Shown: one piece after another, positions 9,551-17,345 of the stretch | How the letters are laid out: the number at the start of each line of letters is the position of its first letter | Position numbering within the stretch: the stretch's first letter is position 1 | From: a virus | Lineage: Duplodnaviria; Caudoviricetes | IMG/VR virus record: IMGVR_UViG_3300021335_000025 | Coordinates: 1-52,902 of that record | Strand: one strand, 5' to 3' | Length of the DNA stretch: 52,902 nucleotides | Made by a program: the position numbers and the translations under genes | Notes under the pieces: generated by a model | Told to the model about the DNA's origin: nothing | Databases searched by the model: none | What the model saw: only the letters and a program-made list of their open reading frames with translations

Positions 9551-12500
9551 TTATCTTGTATATTGTGATTGAGAATAAAGAACTGTAAACTGTTGATTAA
9601 TAGCTCCGCCAGAAGAATTTCTTATGATAACATATGTATAAACATCGATAGATGGTTCAGAAACTGTTCCTGCATTTCCAGTATTAATATTCTCTCCACC
9701 ATAATAGTATGGAGTAATAGTTTGACTATCAATATTAACAATATTATTATAGTATGCAGTTGCTCCTTGTTTGGTTATAATAGCAACAGTCATTGATTCT
9801 CCTACATTTAAGAATCCATTAGTTCCTCCAAGAAATAATCCATCCCCTGGATCTTTTGTGCTGTCACCTAAGAAATTCAAAGACCAATTTCCAGCAGCAT
9901 TTTGAGTAAAGTAGTAAACATTATTGTCCGCAAGATAAATGGGTATTGCTGCTGGATCTGCGCCCAATACGCGAGGATCAATTTGTGCTTTTTCAATAAT
10001 TTCAAAAACTCTCAAAGAACCATTGATATTTACAGAACCTTCAACATAAAGTCCATAATCTTTTCTAGGATTAGTTGTATTAATTCCAACCTTAGTAACA
10101 GTAGTAATACCAACTTCTCCTGGTACGAGAATGCCTGCGTTATCAACTACAGGGCTACTAACCCAAATATCAGAAACTCCAGTTAGTCCTGATCCATCAC
10201 CAACAATCTTACCTCTAACAACTAATCCAACATCAGTATCTGTACTTGGATCTGTTCCGATTCCAGCTCTTCCATCATTTGTTACAGAAAATTGATTTGT
10301 TCCTTCTCCAATTACTAAAGGATTAGATCCTGTGTATCCTGGATTATTAACAATAACTTGATCAAAGAATTCTAGATCTGCATCGTCCGAAAGGCTAATT
10401 CCCCCAAATCTTGCCCAGTTCCCTGCAGAAGTGTAAACCCATCCAACATTACCACCAACATTTGGAAAAGCATCAAATACAACATCACCTGGATTTCCTG
10501 CAGATCTTGGTGTGGATAATCCAACAGTAACTTTTCTGGAAATTGTAGCATTACCTTGTAATAAGATATTATTTGCTTCAATACCATCGGAAGAATTTGA
10601 TGTTATTTTTTGATTAAAGATTACTGGACCATTAAATTGGGAAATATTATCTGATTCTGCTCCACCTTCAACTGTAATTGATTTACTTACTGAAACTATA
10701 TCTGGAGTAATATATTCAATTGCTTCATTCGAATTTGCTTCACCAGTAACTGATGGGATTGGAGTATCGAATGTTTCTCCTTTTCCAGTTGCTGAGATTT
10801 TTTTGTTTCCAATATAAAAATCTCCATCATTATTCATTCCAGTGTAGATAACTGCACCTGCTCCAAATTTTGAAGACTGTGAAAGAAGTTCTTCTTGTAC
10901 AGAAAGTTCCCTATCTTGTCTTTCTGGGAATGCTGATGAATAATTTCCTGGTCCAAATCCCAGATATTCAAATGTATGTCCACCTGCCCTGATAATTGAA
11001 TTTCTCCTAAATTCAATTGGGAAAATATTAATTTTTCTGATTAGATCATTGGAAGTATGATTTTGAGCAATTGTTCCAAGAAGTGCTCTATCAACTTCAA
11101 TTGAAGTTGATGAAGTTATAGTAGATCTAACTCTCATAATCTCAGAGTTTATCAACAAGAAATCTCCAATTTGCAAATCATAAACATTAGTAACCGTCAA
11201 TGTCGTTGAAGTAATTAAATCATTAATACTAGAAGAAAGATATGTTGTTACGTTTCCATAATTAAATATCATTCTTCCAAAAACGTTTTCATTTTCAGAT
11301 GATGTTGTTCCAGATCTTGAAGAAAGTCCATCATAATGCAATCTCTTTACACCTGTAGTAACTGCAGATGTTTTAATTCCAACATTAGTTGAAAATGTAG
11401 TTTTTAGTGGTGTTGTTAAAATAATTTTATCACCATTAAACAAATCATCATCTGCTCCAGAAATAACAACTTTATTGTTTCTATTAAGACCATGAGCTTG
11501 TGATGTTGCATAAGTGGCAATTCCAGAAGATGAATCATATTGAAGAGCAATAATTGACAATGATTTTCCAGTCATTGTTAATGATGCTGGTGCTGCTGAA
11601 GTTTCTCCGATACCAACACCAATTTGGGGATTTGAAATAGTTCCTACAGAATGTGCTTCAAATGTTTTAGGTCCTGTAATAGAATTAATTTTATAGAGTC
11701 TATTGTATTTTGTATAATTTTCATTAACAATTCCTGAAATAAGGAAGTTATCATTAGCATTATTGTAAATATTGGAGACTTCAACAACTCCTGGAGTATG
11801 GGAAACTCCTGTAGTTGCAATGCCAACGACAGATAATCTTTCACCAACTTGATATCCACTTCCACCATCCATAATCTGAACGGAACTTAGTCTTCCAAAA
11901 TCATCAACTATAACTTTTGCCGATGCCTCAGAACCAAACCCAGTTTGACTTATTAATTGTGCATTAAAAAATGTTTCAGAAACTCCTAATCCAGTTCCAT
12001 AATTTGAACCAGGATTAAGTGAATCTACAGTAACACTAATTGCTCTGTTTAATCCATGTTCAAGGCTTGTATTAAATTGGTGATAAGTTCCTGCAATACC
12101 AATACTAATAATATTATCAATCTGTTTTGAATTTTTTCCAAAATCCAATAAAGATTTTTGAATGGTTTCTTTTGTAATACTATTTTCAGCTTCGTTGACA
12201 ACAACCTTTCCGATTGGATTCGGAAGTGCAAAAGATTTTGCTGCTATCGGGTCTGCAGAAGGATTGTCTCTATTAGTTCTTGGATAGAGATTTAAAATAG
12301 GTTGACTAATATCTAATTCATTGAATGGTGTAGATGAAGGTGAATTTGAAGAATTTGTTACTGTTAAATGGTAAATACCATCTTGTTCACCTTTAATATA
12401 TTGTTGTATTTCTTCGGAGTTATAAATTGAATAAATTTCATTATATCTTTTCTTAGAAAATCTTGGAAGATTTCTGTCTCTTCTAGAAACGTTATTTAAA

Positions 12501-15211
12501 AATGTTCCTGGATTGCTGCGTAGGTCATAAGTAAATGTTCTTCTCGATAAAACTTCTTTAACAACAAAATTTCCATTAAATCCAATTTTATCAGTTCCTT
12601 CAATATTTTCGGAACTTTCAATATTCTTTATTTCAACTCTACAACCAACAAATAAATCATGAGGAAGTTCTGTTCTAATAGTTACTTTTCCAAGATTCCA
12701 AGATGCTCCAGAAATAAATCTAAAGTTTCTTAGTTCCGATATATTCTGAATAGTTGTTGGATTTAGAGAATCTCTGAAATATTTTGTTACTTCCTCATCT
12801 GTTGAACCAGTAGTTTTATTTGATTCTTGAATAATGAATCCGTCTGTTGGTGGTCTTGAAGTGACATTGGATGATGATGGAATAACATATCTAAATCTAT
12901 AAATTGTATCATCTAAAGTTCTTGGATCTAAAACTCTTCTGATAAAAGTTCTAGATGAAGCAGTTCCGGTTAATCTTGGCGTTATTGTATTATCTGTAGG
13001 ATCTACTGTTAGATACCAATTCCTTTGGATGGAGTCATATTGAATTGGATGACGCTTATCTCCTGGTTTTTTATCGGAAACTCTACTTACAACTTTTAGG
13101 TTTCCACCTCTATTGTTTACATTTAAGAATCTATCATTGAGAGCATCATTAAAACTCTTTGCAAGTTTGAACTGATTATTTCCAGAAATCAAGCTACCTT
13201 CTTTAATAGCATAATATACCGTATCACTTTCAACACCATCAGGTAAATATCCATTTTCACTAATGATTCTTATTTTCTCACCATTTTCTAGACCGTGTGG
13301 CGAATCACAAATAAATACGCTATCTGTAATATTGTTTAAATTTCCACTTTTTGAGATATTGGTACTTTTTTCTTTTGAAATGGAAGTTCCTGGAATTACA
13401 ATTTTAGCAGAATAAGTTGTTCCATCAATAGTTAGGTTCAAATAATCATTTTCTTTTGCTCCTATTCTATATCCATCAATAATATAATTTGGAATAACTT
13501 CTTGTAAAGTTTTATTGTAAAGATAAAGCTTGGAAGAGTCTGCAGTTAATTTTGCATCAATAGAATCGAATTCTAAAGACAATTCAGTACCTTCAATTTC
13601 TTTTGGTGGGATAATATGGGTAATATATCCAACGTCGTCTCTTAAAAATGCTTGATTTCTAAATGCAGATGCTGTTAGTGAGTTAGAACCAAAGTTTGAG
13701 TTTGAGTTGGTGATTGATAAATCTCCACCAGATTCTGCTAAGAAATGTCTTGTAAAACCAATCGCAAAAACAGAAACGACTTGAATGAAAGCATTATTAC
13801 TACACTTAATATGAACACTTTCATACGAAGGTTTATGCTTTGCAAGAGAATCTGAATAAATGTTTTGGTCTCCAGTTGCTATTTGGTCAACATATTCTCC
13901 AGTATTCTTATTATACTTAACAAATGCTTTATTATCTTTTTGTAGACCAATTCCTGTAAATTGAGCAACAACCATACTCTTAAATCCACCTGCTTTATCT
14001 CCATCTGCATGAAGACCATTCATTCCATATACAGATCTTAATGAACAGTTAAAGATGTATGGAGATGCTGAATTTACAGTATCTAAAATAAGACTTACTG
14101 ATGCACCTGATGGTTCTGGGACATTGGGAACAAGGGGTGGAATCTGAACAGTATATTGGATTTCCGTATCACTAATAACTTTACTTACAATTTGTTGTCC
14201 ATTATATCCATTTTCAGAAACACCCTGAATTTGAATTGGTGAATTAATATCTAGATTTGGGAATGGATCTGAAAGTTGAACAGTAATGACATCGCTAGTT
14301 AAAACTCCGTCACCAGATCTAATACTTGTAATTCCAACTTCTTCTCCCCTAGATCCTACAATCTGGAATTCATCAATCTTGGGTTGGATGTCAATCTCCG
14401 AAGATGGATAATCTGGTTCAATACCTCTATCACTTGTTTCACCATAAGCAATACCAATCTTTTCGTAATAGATATCGAGATCAGTTCTATCAGTGGAGAA
14501 ATTTTGAATAAATTCATCATTAATCGCTACTTTATTGACACCATCAGCATATTCAAAGCAAGTCAGTTTGTGGTGAGAAAATCTTGGGAAGAAAGTATTT
14601 GTTGTGTAATCAATATAACAAGGAGTTCCTGGGTCCGCGTCAAAGATTGTAAACTGCCACAAGTAACAAGCACCAGTTACTCTAAAAACAGCAGATCTTT
14701 CAATATTTGCACCATCAACATCATCTGGATTTGGAACATATCTTGGACGAACTTTAGTCTTACGAAGATCATATCCTACGATTGAAGTTCCTCTGGGGAT
14801 AATAACTCCACCATAGATTGAATTTAATTTGTACAGTGCATTATTTTCGGAAGTAATATTAAAATCCGTATTGATATCAAATGGTGAGAAATCATCACTA
14901 GAAGTGCCGTTTCTTAAACGATATTGATTTATTCCCAAAGATGAATCTGGAATCCATCCTGGTCTATTATCAATAATATGCTCTCCGGGATAGAGGAGAA
15001 TAGTTGTTTTTCCAAATCTATCATTATCCTTTCCTCTTTGATAAGAGAATCTCGCAGATTCAATTAATGCCCTTTGTATAGTTTTAAAGGGTCTAGTTAA
15101 AGAGTTGCCTTTGTTTTCTATACTATCGGTTGAATCGATACTTGAAGGATCAACATAAAGAATTTCCCCACGAGTACTCTTCAGAAAATTATCCAGACGA
15201 CTGAGACCCAT
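9551..15211 (-). CDS. Giant virion structural / tailspike-like protein (1886 aa), paralogue of 840..6314
   Basis: MGLSRLDNFLK...ILYVDP...RPFKTIQRAL, SPYIFNCS, GGDLSITNSNSNFG and GHTFEYLGFGPG motifs are shared with the 1824-aa protein. Confidence 0.8.
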   Translation of the reverse strand: MGLSRLDNFLKSTRGEILYVDPSSIDSTDSIENKGNSLTRPFKTIQRALIESARFSYQRGKDNDRFGKTTILLYPGEHIIDNRPGWIPDSSLGINQYRLRNGTSSDDFSPFDINTDFNITSENNALYKLNSIYGGVIIPRGTSIVGYDLRKTKVRPRYVPNPDDVDGANIERSAVFRVTGACYLWQFTIFDADPGTPCYIDYTTNTFFPRFSHHKLTCFEYADGVNKVAINDEFIQNFSTDRTDLDIYYEKIGIAYGETSDRGIEPDYPSSEIDIQPKIDEFQIVGSRGEEVGITSIRSGDGVLTSDVITVQLSDPFPNLDINSPIQIQGVSENGYNGQQIVSKVISDTEIQYTVQIPPLVPNVPEPSGASVSLILDTVNSASPYIFNCSLRSVYGMNGLHADGDKAGGFKSMVVAQFTGIGLQKDNKAFVKYNKNTGEYVDQIATGDQNIYSDSLAKHKPSYESVHIKCSNNAFIQVVSVFAIGFTRHFLAESGGDLSITNSNSNFGSNSLTASAFRNQAFLRDDVGYITHIIPPKEIEGTELSLEFDSIDAKLTADSSKLYLYNKTLQEVIPNYIIDGYRIGAKENDYLNLTIDGTTYSAKIVIPGTSISKEKSTNISKSGNLNNITDSVFICDSPHGLENGEKIRIISENGYLPDGVESDTVYYAIKEGSLISGNNQFKLAKSFNDALNDRFLNVNNRGGNLKVVSRVSDKKPGDKRHPIQYDSIQRNWYLTVDPTDNTITPRLTGTASSRTFIRRVLDPRTLDDTIYRFRYVIPSSSNVTSRPPTDGFIIQESNKTTGSTDEEVTKYFRDSLNPTTIQNISELRNFRFISGASWNLGKVTIRTELPHDLFVGCRVEIKNIESSENIEGTDKIGFNGNFVVKEVLSRRTFTYDLRSNPGTFLNNVSRRDRNLPRFSKKRYNEIYSIYNSEEIQQYIKGEQDGIYHLTVTNSSNSPSSTPFNELDISQPILNLYPRTNRDNPSADPIAAKSFALPNPIGKVVVNEAENSITKETIQKSLLDFGKNSKQIDNIISIGIAGTYHQFNTSLEHGLNRAISVTVDSLNPGSNYGTGLGVSETFFNAQLISQTGFGSEASAKVIVDDFGRLSSVQIMDGGSGYQVGERLSVVGIATTGVSHTPGVVEVSNIYNNANDNFLISGIVNENYTKYNRLYKINSITGPKTFEAHSVGTISNPQIGVGIGETSAAPASLTMTGKSLSIIALQYDSSSGIATYATSQAHGLNRNNKVVISGADDDLFNGDKIILTTPLKTTFSTNVGIKTSAVTTGVKRLHYDGLSSRSGTTSSENENVFGRMIFNYGNVTTYLSSSINDLITSTTLTVTNVYDLQIGDFLLINSEIMRVRSTITSSTSIEVDRALLGTIAQNHTSNDLIRKINIFPIEFRRNSIIRAGGHTFEYLGFGPGNYSSAFPERQDRELSVQEELLSQSSKFGAGAVIYTGMNNDGDFYIGNKKISATGKGETFDTPIPSVTGEANSNEAIEYITPDIVSVSKSITVEGGAESDNISQFNGPVIFNQKITSNSSDGIEANNILLQGNATISRKVTVGLSTPRSAGNPGDVVFDAFPNVGGNVGWVYTSAGNWARFGGISLSDDADLEFFDQVIVNNPGYTGSNPLVIGEGTNQFSVTNDGRAGIGTDPSTDTDVGLVVRGKIVGDGSGLTGVSDIWVSSPVVDNAGILVPGEVGITTVTKVGINTTNPRKDYGLYVEGSVNINGSLRVFEIIEKAQIDPRVLGADPAAIPIYLADNNVYYFTQNAAGNWSLNFLGDSTKDPGDGLFLGGTNGFLNVGESMTVAIITKQGATAYYNNIVNIDSQTITPYYYGGENINTGNAGTVSEPSIDVYTYVIIRNSSGGAINQQFTVLYSQSQYTR

Positions 15212-15242
15212 TTTTATTAATACTTATAGTTCCGTTATAAGT

Positions 15243-15250
15243 TATTTATC
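15243..15250 (-). promoter_or_regulatory. Late promoter variant GATAAATA
   Basis: NATAAATA immediately after a terminator and ~30 nt before the 1886-aa gene. Confidence 0.65.
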
Positions 15251-15254
15251 ACAT

Positions 15255-15280
15255 AAAAAAACCTCCCAGAGGGAGGTTTT
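15255..15280 (-). terminator. Rho-independent terminator
   Basis: AAAACCTCCC-TCT-GGGAGGTTTT stem running into a 7-T tract on the minus strand. Confidence 0.85.
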
Positions 15281-15316
15281 GGTCAGCACATAAAGTGCAT
15301 TTCCTTCACACGGACT
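15255..15316 (-). ncRNA. Candidate ~60-nt small RNA
   Basis: Non-coding stretch between a sigma70-like promoter (15322-15351) and the terminator; contains GTGTGAAGGA and a GCAC-TTTAT-GTGC hairpin. Confidence 0.4.
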
Positions 15317-15321
15317 CTTAT

Positions 15322-15351
15322 ATTTTACCACACTTGAGGTTGCCAAGTCAA
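15322..15351 (-). promoter_or_regulatory. Sigma70-like promoter in the 3' end of the Mom-like gene
   Basis: TTGACT-18 nt-TAAAAT with an extended -10 TGn. Confidence 0.55.
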
Positions 15352-15936
15352 TCGTTTTTTGAGTTCCTTATCAAATACCATCAAGTACCTATGTTTTCTA
15401 CTTCTATCTCTCCATTCACCTTCAGATCCCTTTATAGGACCTCTAGAATGCTTTGTTCCATCAGCATAATAAAAGTCTTTCTTACGATCTGTTAACCCAT
15501 AATAAGTAAAATTACAAGCTCTGTATATAACTCCAGAGTGGTGATTAGAGTCAGCATAACTAAGAATAGCACGAACATTTGCATCTTTACGAAACCTTTT
15601 AATGCAACGACTAACAAACCAAGAGGTTATATTATATTCTTGTTTCTGAACATCTGGATGGATACAAAGTCGGGAAAGCTCAAATAAACCTTCTTGTTGA
15701 TTTCTTTCTAACCCAAATGCTCCTCTGGCAATTTCTGGAACTGGGAGACCAGTAAAAATACAAGCGCCAAGAGACCCGCCAATGTTAAGAGGGCACTCCC
15801 ACTCAGTTCTTTTAAAAAGTCCATAGTTGAAACCTGATTTAAAATCTTTTGATTCATCTTTAAGATAGTGATAAGTATATAAGAGATCTTTAATCTCATT
15901 CTTACCAACTTTATCTATAATAAAATCCGATTTCAT
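15325..15936 (-). CDS. Mom-like (phage Mu) GNAT-fold DNA adenine modification protein
   Basis: Motifs YHYL, FELSRLC, SWFVSRCIK, ILSYADSNHHSGVIYRACNFTYYG, KHRY resemble the Mom family. Confidence 0.7.
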   Translation of the reverse strand: MKSDFIIDKVGKNEIKDLLYTYHYLKDESKDFKSGFNYGLFKRTEWECPLNIGGSLGACIFTGLPVPEIARGAFGLERNQQEGLFELSRLCIHPDVQKQEYNITSWFVSRCIKRFRKDANVRAILSYADSNHHSGVIYRACNFTYYGLTDRKKDFYYADGTKHSRGPIKGSEGEWRDRSRKHRYLMVFDKELKKRLTWQPQVW

Positions 15937-15946
15937 TTAAGTATTT

Positions 15947-16120
15947 TTACTTAGTTTGTTTTGATTCTAAGATATACTCTACGGTATTAGAAATGTCATT
16001 CATAGCAACACGAAGATCTGGTTGTTGTCCCGATTCTTGACGACATATTGGACGACGATTGTCTGTAAGTGTCCAACGCCAAAGGTTCATATCAGTACAA
16101 TACCAAAGATTAATTCTCAT
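15947..16120 (-). CDS. Hypothetical cyanophage protein (57 aa, MRINLWYC...WRWTLTD)
   Basis: Start re-called to ATG 16120 to avoid a long overlap; GGAG upstream. Confidence 0.65.
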   Translation of the reverse strand: MRINLWYCTDMNLWRWTLTDNRRPICRQESGQQPDLRVAMNDISNTVEYILESKQTK

Positions 16121-16265
16121 TTTTGCTATGCTCCAACTTGACCCAGTTAAGGAGAGCATTGATTTCGGCTCTTTTTTCTTCCCCAAAGTCTTCCCCCTTG
16201 CTAAACATGTAGAAGTCTAATGCCTCGATGACATTCTTACGGTCTTTTTGAGATAATAGTGACAT
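16110..16265 (-). CDS. Hypothetical protein (51 aa, MSLLSQKDR...)
   Basis: Start re-called to ATG 16265; the track's start overlaps tRNA-Thr. Confidence 0.65.
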   Translation of the reverse strand: MSLLSQKDRKNVIEALDFYMFSKGEDFGEEKRAEINALLNWVKLEHSKNEN

Positions 16266-16286
16266 TTGGAGTTTAATGAACTCAAG

Positions 16287-16360
16287 AGCCAAATAGCAGA
16301 CTCGAACTGCTGACCTTTGCTTTACAAAAGCATTGCTCTATCCAACTGAGCTAATTTGGC
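16287..16360 (-). tRNA. tRNA-Thr(UGU)
   Basis: GCCAAAT/ATTTGGC acceptor stem, anticodon loop TT-TGT-AA, T-loop TTCGAGT; A27.A43 mismatch; no encoded CCA. Confidence 0.93.
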
Positions 16361-16361
16361 A

Positions 16362-16631
16362 TTAATCAACAGGCAACATTTCTGGATTTTCCAGATCTAA
16401 TTCAAATAAGAGTGGATGACATTGCTCTTCAATCAAATATGAAGAACATTTATACATGTCATCAACTTCGTACCGTCTTTCTTTGTCTGCGATTTTGATT
16501 AACTCCTCATCGAATATAGATTCGTCTGGGAGTTCATCAAAAGTAAAGGGAACACCACTTATAAAGTACATAAGCACTATTTGTTTACCTTCATTGTACC
16601 ATACATATCTGGCATCAATTCGGTATTTCAT
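16362..16631 (-). CDS. Conserved hypothetical cyanophage protein (89 aa)
   Basis: Clean ORF between tRNAs; CTAAATA late-like motif upstream. Confidence 0.7.
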   Translation of the reverse strand: MKYRIDARYVWYNEGKQIVLMYFISGVPFTFDELPDESIFDEELIKIADKERRYEVDDMYKCSSYLIEEQCHPLLFELDLENPEMLPVD

Positions 16632-16675
16632 AAGTAGTTCTCTACTTTTGAATATTTAGGGTATTAAAACCCTAG

Positions 16676-16759
16676 TGCGAGTAGGGAGACTTGAACTCCC
16701 ACGGGATTGCTCCCAACAGATTTTAAGTCTGGTGCGTCTACCGATTCCGCCATACTCGC
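16676..16759 (-). tRNA. tRNA-Leu(UAA)
   Basis: GCGAGTA/TACTCGC acceptor, CT-TAA-AA loop, long variable arm GGGA-GCAA-TCCC; no intron, no CCA. Confidence 0.95.
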
Positions 16760-16766
16760 ATTTGTT

Positions 16767-16841
16767 TGGTAGGACTGGAGGGAATTGAACCCTCTTCACA
16801 CCGTTATAAGCAGTGGGCCTTAACCAATAGGCGACAGTCCC
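16767..16841 (-). tRNA. tRNA-Ile(UAU)
   Basis: GGGACTG/CAGTCCT acceptor, CACTG-CT-TAT-AA-CGGTG anticodon arm, T-loop TTCAATT, encoded CCA. Confidence 0.9.
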
Positions 16842-16858
16842 TTGAAAGGCACTTAACA

Positions 16859-16887
16859 ATTATAAGGCATAAACCCCAGATTGTCAA
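16859..16887 (-). promoter_or_regulatory. Consensus sigma70 promoter driving the tRNA cluster
   Basis: TTGACA-17 nt-TATAAT, enclosed by an 11/12 inverted repeat. Confidence 0.9.
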
Positions 16888-16896
16888 GTGCTTGTA

Positions 16897-17100
16897 TCAG
16901 TCCATTTGGTAAGTTGGTGGATGATACTTAAGATACTCTTGGAAGGTCATTTTCATTTCCTTATGAGTCATACCGCAGTGCTTTGCTGCTGCTGGAAGAT
17001 TCATTGTAGCATAGAATAATGCCTCATTTGATTCTTTTACGTTTTGTGGTGTTGTTTTTACTCTTTGTTCAATTAAAGAGTCGATTTTGATCTGATTCAT
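16897..17100 (-). CDS. Hypothetical protein, possible HTH (67 aa)
   Basis: MNLPAAAKHCGMT resembles an HTH turn; ATGA-coupled to the upstream gene. Confidence 0.65.
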   Translation of the reverse strand: MNQIKIDSLIEQRVKTTPQNVKESNEALFYATMNLPAAAKHCGMTHKEMKMTFQEYLKYHPPTYQMD

Positions 17101-17279
17101 AGTGGACTTGCATAAGCAAGAGTGTCTTCTCCCAGTGTTGCACGAACAAATTTTAGCACATTCATAAATTCTTCTACGGTTTCACAGACCACTTCCTTTT
17201 CTGACCCCTCACTAGAATAGATATGCACAGTGCGCTTGGTAGGATCCACCACACATCGAGTCAGATACTCTTCTTTCAT
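17097..17279 (-). CDS. Conserved hypothetical cyanophage protein (60 aa, MKEEYLTRCVVD...)
   Basis: Start re-called to ATG 17279 because the track's start lies inside the promoter. Confidence 0.7.
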   Translation of the reverse strand: MKEEYLTRCVVDPTKRTVHIYSSEGSEKEVVCETVEEFMNVLKFVRATLGEDTLAYASPL

Positions 17280-17305
17280 CTGGGAACTTTCTTGATTACC
17301 AAACC

Positions 17306-17334
17306 ATAGTAGCATACTGACCAAGGCGTGTCAA
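17306..17334 (-). promoter_or_regulatory. Sigma70 early promoter
   Basis: TTGACA-17 nt-TACTAT with TGn extension. Confidence 0.75.
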
Positions 17335-17345
17335 GAGAAAAATCA

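Noticed and set aside
16676-16759. Group I intron in tRNA-Leu(UAA), as in many cyanobacteria
   Set aside because: The anticodon loop is continuous and the gene is 84 nt.
16656-16859. 67-aa minus-strand ORF
   Set aside because: Overlaps tRNA-Ile and tRNA-Leu entirely.
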